DNA of 55,858 nucleotides from a virus (Duplodnaviria; Heunggongvirae; Uroviricota; Caudoviricetes): IMG/VR virus record IMGVR_UViG_2660237930_000002; one strand, 5' to 3'. Shown piece by piece: positions 45,689 to 53,476 of this stretch (position 1 is its first letter; each line of letters starts with the position of its first letter). The notes under the pieces were generated by a model. It saw only the letters and a program-made list of their open reading frames with translations, ran no database searches and was not told where the DNA came from. The position numbers and the translations under genes were made by a program.

Positions 45689-46230
45689 TCTTCAGGTTTG
45701 TTGTCTTCAGATTTCTTCTTGATGCTTGGTTTTTGTCTAAGAACGAAAATACCAGCCACTGCAACAACTGTACCGATCACTGTGCCTGCTAGAACTTCAT
45801 GACCTGTTAAACCTAATAATGTTGCACAAGCTACTGTAAAAATAGTTGCACTCAGGCCAAACCACTGCCCACGTTTATCTCTATTAATAGCCCCGTCAAG
45901 TGCCTTTTCCTCCATTTTCTGGCGGTGAGCAAACTCCTTCTCCGTCAGCTGGAAGATGCGTTCGGGGGCATCAGGTAAAATATCCTGATACCCGCGAAGC
46001 AGATAAGGGGGAGGAAGCGGACCCTGAAACGCATGGTGAGCGACAACTATCTCCTGAATTTCAGGGCGATCAAGAACTCTTGTGAAGGCATCTGGGTGTT
46101 GAATGATCTCGTTACTTAGCCCTTCCTCAACTTCCTCGAACTCAGTTTCTTCGTTATCACTTGGTTGCCCAATAGATTTTTGCATATTTGTCGAAGGACA
46201 TTCCTTTAGCTTCTGGTTTTCCTCTTGCAT
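45682..46230 (-). CDS. Hypothetical membrane protein (two C-terminal TM segments)
   Basis: ORF with acidic N-terminal half and hydrophobic C-terminus; start uncertain. Confidence 0.4.
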   Translation of the reverse strand: MQEENQKLKECPSTNMQKSIGQPSDNEETEFEEVEEGLSNEIIQHPDAFTRVLDRPEIQEIVVAHHAFQGPLPPPYLLRGYQDILPDAPERIFQLTEKEFAHRQKMEEKALDGAINRDKRGQWFGLSATIFTVACATLLGLTGHEVLAGTVIGTVVAVAGIFVLRQKPSIKKKSEDNKPEEK

Positions 46231-46483
46231 TTGAGTTTTTCCCTGTCACTATTGCCCATTTTCCGCCAGCAGGCGCTGCAATTTTTTTTCCGTTCTTTAC
46301 TATATATTCAGCATAAACACGATTTTCTGACCGTCTGAGATCGTCTCCGACCATATTCATGTCTCTTGATATAACTTTGACGACAGAGTCTCGGTTTAAA
46401 GCCTTGGCATAGTTGGAGCCAGGAACGATACCCAAAGGGGTGCCAGACTCTATAGCCAGCTCCTTGACATATCTTCTGCTCAT
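46157..46483 (-). CDS. Hypothetical protein
   Basis: ORF with GAGGT RBS; operator immediately upstream. Confidence 0.4.
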   Translation of the reverse strand: MSRRYVKELAIESGTPLGIVPGSNYAKALNRDSVVKVISRDMNMVGDDLRRSENRVYAEYIVKNGKKIAAPAGGKWAIVTGKNSNARGKPEAKGMSFDKYAKIYWATK

Positions 46484-46504
46484 ATGAACCTCAACCAATC
46501 GACT

Positions 46505-46519
46505 TTACCAATCGGGTAA
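46505..46519. promoter_or_regulatory. Operator TTACC-aatcg-GGTAA
   Basis: Perfect palindrome 22 nt upstream of the 46483 start. Confidence 0.55.
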
Positions 46520-46604
46520 TTTTAAACATGAGTATAATGCTTTTAACTGCAACGAGTGTAAACAATTATTGATAATTGTAGGCACATCCATGTGCCGCCG
46601 CCCG

Positions 46605-47315
46605 TCAGAAGAACCCAGCCTTGTCGTTGATGTACTCCGCGTGTGTCTGGATATCACGCAGGCATTTGCTCACACCGACGATGTAGCAGAACATGGTGGT
46701 CAGCTCCGCCGCCGCGCCCGATACGTCGTGCCCGTCTTCCTGTAACTGGTTCAGCAGATTCATCAGCAGTGAGTGCTCCGTCAGGCCGAGAACACCAGAC
46801 GGCGAATGAATCAGGCTACGGTAGCCGGGCTTCAGTGGGGCACTGTAGGTTTTGTTCTCTATCTTCATTGCCTGCATTACTGCTGACGCCGTGGCGTTGG
46901 CTACCTGGTCGGCAACCATCTTTATGCGTTCTTCCTGCGGTAGCGAGTTTTTAATGTAACTTCCGGTGCGGCGGATCTGAGGAAGAACCTCACCTGTAAC
47001 CCATTTGCGAAAGCGGTAGGGGATAGTGCCTGGTGTCACTGCGTCGCGGCAGCGGAGGATCAGTGTGTAGAGGCCTGACTCGGAGATGATGTTGATCTCT
47101 TTTACTCGGCTATCAAAAATTGCACGATGTTCATGCCCTATGTTGAACATAGACCTTTCATCATCATCCAGTTTTTCAAGTGCTTGGGTGACGTTTTGGA
47201 TACGCAGCGCACTACAAACGTCTTGGGCTACAAACCATGGTTGGCCATCGATAATGATGGAACGGATAGGGTTAACAGATTCAAATTTGAAGATGGCAGT
47301 TTGAGCATTAGCCAT
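46605..47315 (-). CDS. BRO-N domain protein / antirepressor-like
   Basis: N-terminus ...AIFKFESVNPIRSIIIDGQPWFVAQDVCSAL fits BRO-N; GGAG RBS. Confidence 0.65.
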   Translation of the reverse strand: MANAQTAIFKFESVNPIRSIIIDGQPWFVAQDVCSALRIQNVTQALEKLDDDERSMFNIGHEHRAIFDSRVKEINIISESGLYTLILRCRDAVTPGTIPYRFRKWVTGEVLPQIRRTGSYIKNSLPQEERIKMVADQVANATASAVMQAMKIENKTYSAPLKPGYRSLIHSPSGVLGLTEHSLLMNLLNQLQEDGHDVSGAAAELTTMFCYIVGVSKCLRDIQTHAEYINDKAGFF

Positions 47316-47584
47316 GGTGGTTATCTCCACTTAGTGATTTTAATCACCACCGCAACGCCAATTACTGGTGGTGAACTGGACAAGGTTGGCGTACCGGCCT
47401 AAGTGGTACCGGCGTCCTTTCGGACCCCTGCCCAGCCCACCATAATTCGGATATGGCTGTGCTTAACGCATAAAAAAACCACGTCTGGCGTGGTATGCGC
47501 CACTTAGTAACTCGGGACGCCAATCCCGGCACTGGATTTTGCCAGTACCCGATTACTATGGCACAAGAGGAGTGCGATGTAAAT

Positions 47585-47599
47585 TTACCGCAAAGGTAA
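47585..47599. promoter_or_regulatory. Operator TTACC-gcaaa-GGTAA at the start of the BRO gene leader
   Basis: Perfect palindrome immediately downstream of a predicted -10. Confidence 0.6.
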
Positions 47600-47627
47600 A
47601 TATAAGCACTCCACTTGGTAATTGCAA
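47599..47627 (-). promoter_or_regulatory. Predicted sigma70 promoter of the BRO gene (TTGCAA-17-TATATT)
   Basis: Minus-strand -35 TTGCAA (47622-47627), 17-nt spacer, -10 TATATT (47599-47604). Confidence 0.45.
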
Positions 47628-47630
47628 ACC

Positions 47631-47888
47631 TTATCTGGTTTGTTTTCGTAATTGTTCGGCACAATAGTCGAGATGTGTTTGCAGATCCTGCATAGACATC
47701 TGTGAGCTGGTGACGTAGTTAATCAGTGCAGTCAGTTCGGCAAGTGGGCCATCGACATTAAATCCATCCTTATCGAGATCCCGGAGTAATTTCATCAAGT
47801 GCGATCCCTCCACTAGTGATCTGACGCCTCCCGGCGTGTGAATCCTTTCGGTAAATCCGTCTTCCAGTGGATAGTGATACTGCTGCAT
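47631..47888 (-). CDS. Hypothetical protein paralogous to the C-terminal domain of the BRO protein
   Basis: GGVRSLVEGSHLMKLLRDLDKDGFNVDGPLAELTALINYV aligns by eye with SGVLGLTEHSLLMNLLNQLQEDGHDVSGAAAELTTMFCYI of the BRO protein. Confidence 0.45.
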   Translation of the reverse strand: MQQYHYPLEDGFTERIHTPGGVRSLVEGSHLMKLLRDLDKDGFNVDGPLAELTALINYVTSSQMSMQDLQTHLDYCAEQLRKQTR

Positions 47889-47964
47889 CTTATCTTCTCC
47901 ATGCAATAACTGTATATTTATACAGTAGCAAATAATTTGTTTGCTATCCAGCACGTTTTGCAAA

Positions 47965-47979
47965 TTACCCGAAAGGTAA
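47965..47979. promoter_or_regulatory. Operator TTACC-cgaaa-GGTAA
   Basis: Perfect palindrome 77 nt upstream of the 47888 start. Confidence 0.55.
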
Positions 47980-48083
47980 TATCTATTCGTATTTACAGTC
48001 TTTCTATCCATATGTGGTTTTTCAGGTAATAGAATAACCAGATATGCGGCGCAACGGGTGCTGCGACTATCTGGAGATTTAAC

Positions 48084-49907
48084 ATGACGGTCTCAACCGA
48101 AGTTGACCACAACGAATACACAGGTAACGGTGTTACGACATCATTTCCGTATACCTTCCGCATTTTCAAAAAATCCGACTTAGTTGTTCAGGTGTCTGAC
48201 CTTAACGGTAACGTAACAGTACTAGTACTGGATACCGGTTATACGGTAACCGGTGCGGGCACTTATAGTGGTGGTGCTGTGGTTCTTCCGTCGCCTCTTG
48301 CGGCTGGTTGGCGTATTACGATAGAGCGCGTGCTTAATGTTGTGCAGAAGACTGACCTTCGCAATCAAGGAAAATTTTTTCCAGAAGTTCATGAGGATGC
48401 CTTTGACTACCTGACAATGTTGATTCAGAAGTGTTTTGGTTGGTTCCGACGTTCACTGATGAAGCCTTCGTTGCTTGCAAAATATTACGATGCAAAACAA
48501 AACAGAATTTCTAATCTTGCAGATCCTGGCGTACCACAGGACGCTGTAAATAACCGGTCTATGCGCAACTATGTTGATGCTGCTATAGCTGGTGTTGTTG
48601 GTGGTTATGGATGGTTTATTCAGTATGGTTCTGGGGCTATTTACCGTACATTTCAGGACAAGATGCGTGAAGTTTTTAGTGTAAAAGATTTTGGCGCTAA
48701 GGGGGACGGAGTTACTGATGATACAGCTGCGATTCATACGGCATGTAGTGCATTAAACGATTATTTTTTGGCTGATGGTGTTCGTAGAACATTAGTTTTT
48801 CCTGACGGTACATATCGCACATCAAGTACTGTTGTGTCTCATCCCAACATGTGCATCCATTGTATTGGTAATGTTATATTTCAGAATGCCAATAAGGACG
48901 ATAAATCATTTGCTGCCTTTGAGATACAAGGAGGTGCACATAAAACAGTATTGGGTGTGATAGATGCATATGGTGTCGGATTCATAGTTAGAGGTAATAC
49001 TCATAATATAGAGTTTCAGACCATTAGTAATTGTATTGATGGGTTTGTTATTCGTGCAGATATTAATTGGACTCTTGGCACTAAAAATAGCTTAGATAAT
49101 AAAATTACTGGTATCCAAATTGGTAAGTGCACCAACGGAATTGTATTTGAACAGAATGGAGATTCACTTATTCAGCAAGGTAATGAAGTGCGTGTTAACT
49201 TTGTGTCTGAAACAAATAATACTGTTCTGTTTAGAAACTACGATGGGTTTTCTCATACAAAACAATCTAACTGGGATTCTAATTTTATAGAGCTTATTGC
49301 ATCAGACCCAACAAAATTACCTGGCTCCTCTATGGTAATGAATACTACAAATTATGGTGTGCCAAACCTTACATTTAATATCACAAACTGGTGCGGTGGT
49401 TGGATTGCAAACGCTGGAACCATATGTCTTATTAGGGGGGCATTTACAACATGTAGATTCATGTTTAACTTGGCTGCAGATGTTGGGGTTAATGAGGTTG
49501 TTGATTCACGTGGAAAATCATCTTTTGGATCTTGTAAGGTAAGTCTTTGCAGGCAAGGAAACCTCGGAAGCGGCTCTTCTTTTTACACTGCTGTTACTCC
49601 AGGTGATATTTTTAATAATGGAATTGCAGTTAAAAATGATAAATTTAGGATTCGTGTAACCATTCCTGATTTAGCTGCAGGTCAAGTATATGGCTCATCT
49701 TTCTGGCATGTTCTTGTACAACAATCAGGAACATCAAGGGTGCGACTCGAACAAGTAGCTGGTGCCGTACATTCCAGAAATGGAATTCTTATCGAACTCA
49801 CAGATGCTGGAACAGAATTAGTTGGGATGGTGCGCATATGGGTTAAAAATACAACCCAAGACACTATATCTGCAAGAAATATTGATTTTATTGTTTCAGT
49901 ATCTTAA
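48084..49907 (+). CDS. Tailspike / tail fibre with probable polysaccharide depolymerase beta-helix domain
   Basis: N-terminal virion-attachment-like domain; central SVKDFGAKGDGVTDDTAAI motif typical of pectate-lyase-fold domains. Confidence 0.7.
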   Translation: MTVSTEVDHNEYTGNGVTTSFPYTFRIFKKSDLVVQVSDLNGNVTVLVLDTGYTVTGAGTYSGGAVVLPSPLAAGWRITIERVLNVVQKTDLRNQGKFFPEVHEDAFDYLTMLIQKCFGWFRRSLMKPSLLAKYYDAKQNRISNLADPGVPQDAVNNRSMRNYVDAAIAGVVGGYGWFIQYGSGAIYRTFQDKMREVFSVKDFGAKGDGVTDDTAAIHTACSALNDYFLADGVRRTLVFPDGTYRTSSTVVSHPNMCIHCIGNVIFQNANKDDKSFAAFEIQGGAHKTVLGVIDAYGVGFIVRGNTHNIEFQTISNCIDGFVIRADINWTLGTKNSLDNKITGIQIGKCTNGIVFEQNGDSLIQQGNEVRVNFVSETNNTVLFRNYDGFSHTKQSNWDSNFIELIASDPTKLPGSSMVMNTTNYGVPNLTFNITNWCGGWIANAGTICLIRGAFTTCRFMFNLAADVGVNEVVDSRGKSSFGSCKVSLCRQGNLGSGSSFYTAVTPGDIFNNGIAVKNDKFRIRVTIPDLAAGQVYGSSFWHVLVQQSGTSRVRLEQVAGAVHSRNGILIELTDAGTELVGMVRIWVKNTTQDTISARNIDFIVSVS

Positions 49908-49984
49908 AGGGATGAATAAAAATATCTGATGTTACATTGATAATTAATTGGGAAAGATATAATGAATATTAAGTGGTGTTTTGT

Positions 49985-50389
49985 ATGTCTGTAGGTATAA
50001 CCAGCGAGTCTTTAAACCAATGGCTTAGCATGAGTTCTCTGGTGGCGGTGATAGTTGGAGTTCCTCCTGAGGTTGCTTTGGGGGCTTTGGCTGGGGCGGT
50101 AATTTTTGTTACCTCTGCGGTAGAGTATCCCATTCGTCGTCGTGTACTTTTGTCGATACTTAGCTTTCTCTGCGGACTTCTCTTTTACAAACCAGCAGCA
50201 TCAATTCTTATCGGCATAGCCAGCCTGATCCCTACCATCACGCAGGACTCTTTTGAAAAAGGGATTGTTTTCTCTGCTGGTGCATTCGTGTCAGCAATTG
50301 TTGCTGTGCGTATTGGTATATGGCTCTACCACCGTTCCGATAATCCACGCGAGTTAATTCCGGGGAGAAAAGACGATGGTAGCGCATGA
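49985..50389 (+). CDS. Holin-like membrane protein (start uncertain; ORF begins at 49973)
   Basis: Several TM segments; position immediately upstream of the endolysin. Confidence 0.5.
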   Translation: MSVGITSESLNQWLSMSSLVAVIVGVPPEVALGALAGAVIFVTSAVEYPIRRRVLLSILSFLCGLLFYKPAASILIGIASLIPTITQDSFEKGIVFSAGAFVSAIVAVRIGIWLYHRSDNPRELIPGRKDDGSA

Positions 50390-50684
50390 GTTTTTTTTGC
50401 TTATAACCAATGCATTTATTTGTACTGGCATAGCAATTCGCGTTGTCACATTCCGACGTAACGGATCTCAACATCGAAGATGGGGTGGTTGGCTTGCTTA
50501 TTTCCTGATTGTTGCAGCGGCCAGTATTCCGGTTCGTGTCGCCTATGCAATCTGGTTCCGCACGCCAATGGCTGTGGATTTATCTGAGGTCATTATTAAT
50601 GCTGTCATGCTTGCTGCGGTTATTAAAACGCGCGGTAACGTCGTTCAAATTTTCAAAGTATCGAGGTCTAAACATGGAGATTAA
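50376..50684 (+). CDS. Holin/antiholin-like membrane protein
   Basis: 102 aa, 2-3 TM segments, charged C-terminus. Confidence 0.5.
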   Translation: MVAHEFFLLITNAFICTGIAIRVVTFRRNGSQHRRWGGWLAYFLIVAAASIPVRVAYAIWFRTPMAVDLSEVIINAVMLAAVIKTRGNVVQIFKVSRSKHGD

Positions 50685-51303
50685 GCAATTCCAGCGAGCT
50701 GCTGGTATCAGCGATGCGCTGGCCGCACGCTGGTTCTCGCATATAACTTCTGCGATGAATGAGTTTGGTATCAGAAAACCCGAAGATCAGGCAATGTTTA
50801 TTGCTCAGGTCGGGCATGAGTCTGGGGGCTTCACCAGGTTGCAGGAGAATTTCAACTACAGCGTCACAGGGCTGGCTAACTTTGTTCGGGCAGGACGTCT
50901 CACTCAGGGACAGGCCAACGCATTGGGGAGACGCGCAGGCGAACCACCATTGCCACTTGAGCGCCAGCGAGCGATTGCCAATCTGGTGTACAGCAAACGC
51001 ATGGGGAACAATGCCCCCGGAGATGGCTGGAATTACCGAGGTCGCGGACTTATCCAGATTACCGGTTTGAATAACTATCGTGACTGCGGAAACGGTCTGA
51101 AAGTTGACCTGCTGGAGAATCCTGAACTGCTGGCGCAGGACGAATACGCGGCTCGTAGCGCGGCGTGGTTCTTCTCCAGCAAAGGTTGCATGAAGTATAC
51201 CGACGATATTGCACGTGTAACTCTGATTATCAATGGTGGCCGGAACGGCATTAATGACCGGCGCGCGCGATACATCACTGCCAGTAAGGTGCTGACGGTA
51301 TGA
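50674..51303 (+). CDS. Endolysin, glycoside hydrolase family 19-type
   Basis: 209 aa; [22 protein letters not shown] and [12 protein letters not shown] motifs recalled from GH19-type phage endolysins. Confidence 0.8.
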   Translation: MEIKQFQRAAGISDALAARWFSHITSAMNEFGIRKPEDQAMFIAQVGHESGGFTRLQENFNYSVTGLANFVRAGRLTQGQANALGRRAGEPPLPLERQRAIANLVYSKRMGNNAPGDGWNYRGRGLIQITGLNNYRDCGNGLKVDLLENPELLAQDEYAARSAAWFFSSKGCMKYTDDIARVTLIINGGRNGINDRRARYITASKVLTV

Positions 51304-51782
51304 TCCTGACATTCGTAAAAGCATATTGGAAACAGTTGATTATCGTGTTGATGCTTGCTGTTCTGGTCATATCAGGAGTTGTTGCCTGGAATATACACGG
51401 CAGTCGTCAGTACGACGCTGGGTATGCGCAGGCGAAGGAAGACCGCAAAGCTGAAGATGAGAGAGTTCGTCAGCACTACGAACAGGAGAAAGCGACCAAT
51501 GAACGTGAAGCTCAGCAGAGGATCGACCAGGCGCGCAATGATGCTCTTGATGCTGCCGCTCGCGCTGGCCGGTTGCAGCAACAACTCTTTGCCATCCGTG
51601 AGCAGCTCAGGCAGTATAACGCCATTGTCGGCGCTGGGACGTCAGCCGCAGACACCGGAGTTTTGCTTGCCGACGTGCTCAGCAAATCTCTCGAGAGAAA
51701 CAGACAACTGGCAGAGTATGCTGACCGGGCAGCCGAAGCCGGAAGAGTCTGCGAAAAACAGTACGACACCCTGACCAGATAG
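51300..51782 (+). CDS. Rz-like i-spanin
   Basis: N-terminal TM anchor then coiled-coil-like charged region; follows endolysin. Confidence 0.7.
   Translation: MILTFVKAYWKQLIIVLMLAVLVISGVVAWNIHGSRQYDAGYAQAKEDRKAEDERVRQHYEQEKATNEREAQQRIDQARNDALDAAARAGRLQQQLFAIREQLRQYNAIVGAGTSAADTGVLLADVLSKSLERNRQLAEYADRAAEAGRVCEKQYDTLTR
51499..51774 (+). CDS. Rz1-like o-spanin embedded in the +1 frame of the i-spanin gene
   Basis: [26 protein letters not shown] lipobox, Pro-rich mature region; entirely inside the Rz-like gene. Confidence 0.65.
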   Translation: MNVKLSRGSTRRAMMLLMLPLALAGCSNNSLPSVSSSGSITPLSALGRQPQTPEFCLPTCSANLSRETDNWQSMLTGQPKPEESAKNSTTP

Positions 51783-51940
51783 CATGGCATTTTTCATGGT
51801 ACTGATTTCCGGTGACGGTATATAAAACGGTACGAGAAAAATTTATCTTTGGAAAAATGTTATCACTCAATTGGTTATGTTATCCGTAAATAATTGAGTG
51901 GGAGTAGGACTGGCTATAAATAGTAAATTAAGCCTTTCCA

Positions 51941-51973
51941 ACTAACTTTAATGCCAGTCAGTTTGCTGACTGG
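51941..51973 (+). terminator. Rho-independent terminator ending the late/lysis operon
   Basis: atgccagtcag-tttg-ctgactggcat then TTTTTTATT. Confidence 0.75.
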
Positions 51974-52201
51974 CATTTTTTATTGGTTTTTCATTGAGTG
52001 TATGACTTCTATTTTTAAGGCCGTAACTCTATAACATCGGCTATGGCCTAAAGATAAAAGCCATTACCAACAAAATGGCGGTATTCCAAAACAGTCTAGC
52101 CGGAAGTGCTTACAATGAGATCGATCAAATCGACAAATGAGATACTGGCCGTTGTGAGCGCCCGGCAACCGTAGCCGTAGGGGGCGAATTTAATGGCTTT
52201 G

Positions 52202-52978
52202 TTATGAGCCATTGGTAATCGCACCCATGACAATTTGAAAGAGTTCTTCTGCTCGATTAGTGGAGCCAATTGCACCTCTTTCTCTCGCCATTCTCTTGTG
52301 CTCTGGTAGATCTGAGGACGCATAGATCATAAAAGGAGTTTTGTCTCCCATTGCGCGTAATCTTTCTAGTAAGACATAACCTTCTTGCGCCCCTTCTTTG
52401 CGATCCATATCCGAAATAATAGCTGCAAACTTATTTGTTTTTAACAATTCTAAGGCTTCGTCAGTTGAAAGAGCTAAAGCGAACTCTATTCCCTGTGCCT
52501 CAAATGCCTGTCTTTCGTAAACATTATTTTCTGGTCGATCATCCACCCATAAAATACGATTTCGCCATTTTTCATGCTTACTCTGCCGTTTTGCATTGGA
52601 TACAACGTTGACGATTTTTCGCAGTTGGCTTTCAGTGACCCCTGCACTATTTTCAGGCTGTTTTGCTGTGGCGGCGGTCAATGATGCTGCTGTAGCTATT
52701 TGCGCTCTTAAAAAATTATTTTCATCTTTGAAATCTGACGGCCCGTAAAGCTTATTATGATGTTTCGCAACAAGCCAGAGAAAGCCAAGAAACACAATGA
52801 CAGGAAAGAAAACCATGAAATAAATAAGGGGAGCTATATGCTCTGATAAGCCATTACCAAAGCCAACGACGAAAGAGGCAAATCCATAAACGAGAACAAT
52901 AAAGAGTGCAATGATACCAAGAGGGCTTTTGGTAAATCCTATTGCAGTTTCAGCAAATTTCTCTGGTTCCATATCCAT
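52202..52978 (-). CDS. Membrane-anchored protein with C-terminal CheY-like receiver (REC) domain
   Basis: Two predicted TM helices then a domain matching CheY landmarks by eye (ILWVDD; IISDMD; FMIYASS; EHKR); AT-rich. Confidence 0.55.
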   Translation of the reverse strand: MDMEPEKFAETAIGFTKSPLGIIALFIVLVYGFASFVVGFGNGLSEHIAPLIYFMVFFPVIVFLGFLWLVAKHHNKLYGPSDFKDENNFLRAQIATAASLTAATAKQPENSAGVTESQLRKIVNVVSNAKRQSKHEKWRNRILWVDDRPENNVYERQAFEAQGIEFALALSTDEALELLKTNKFAAIISDMDRKEGAQEGYVLLERLRAMGDKTPFMIYASSDLPEHKRMARERGAIGSTNRAEELFQIVMGAITNGS

Positions 52979-53065
52979 CCTCAGTATTGCTCATAACACA
53001 GTTAAGTTGTATTAGATCAGACCTGATCTGACAATTACCGGCTATTTATAAAGGTATCTGTCAGA

Positions 53066-53461
53066 TTACATCTGGCTTAAGTTTTTCTCATCCCAGATGT
53101 GCTTTCCATCAAGTAACGTTTCCATCGGCGTTCGGCCACTGCACATTTTTCCCTGATGGGTTCGCTCATTATTATAGTGAACCCGCCATTCATCAAGAAC
53201 CGATTGTAATGCTTCAAGATCATCATATAACTTTTTGCGGAACGTCACCTGATAAAACTCGTTCAGTATCGTTTTATGGAACTGCTCGCAGATACTATTG
53301 GTCTTAGATGACATTGCTTTCGTTTTCGTATGCTCAATATCATTTATCGCCAGATAAAGCTGGTAATCATGCTGCTCCACTTTACCGCAATCTCTTGGTG
53401 TATTGAGAGGCGGGTTATAAAATAAATACTGATACCATGAGGGCGGATCAATCGTGGTCAT
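53066..53461 (-). pseudogene. Transposase remnant (C-terminal part of a DDE/rve integrase-core transposase, IS481/IS3-like)
   Basis: ...NSICEQFHKTILNEF...WRVHYNNERTHQGKMCSGRTPMETL matches the C-terminal end of rve-domain transposases; no N-terminal HTH or full catalytic core. Confidence 0.6.
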
Positions 53462-53476
53462 AGTATCAGGTCATTC

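Noticed and set aside
51355-51774. Full 139-aa ORF as an independent gene
   Set aside because: Only the C-terminal ~91 aa starting at MNVKLSRG form a plausible lipoprotein (Rz1-like); the upstream part is the alternative frame of the Rz-like gene without its own start context
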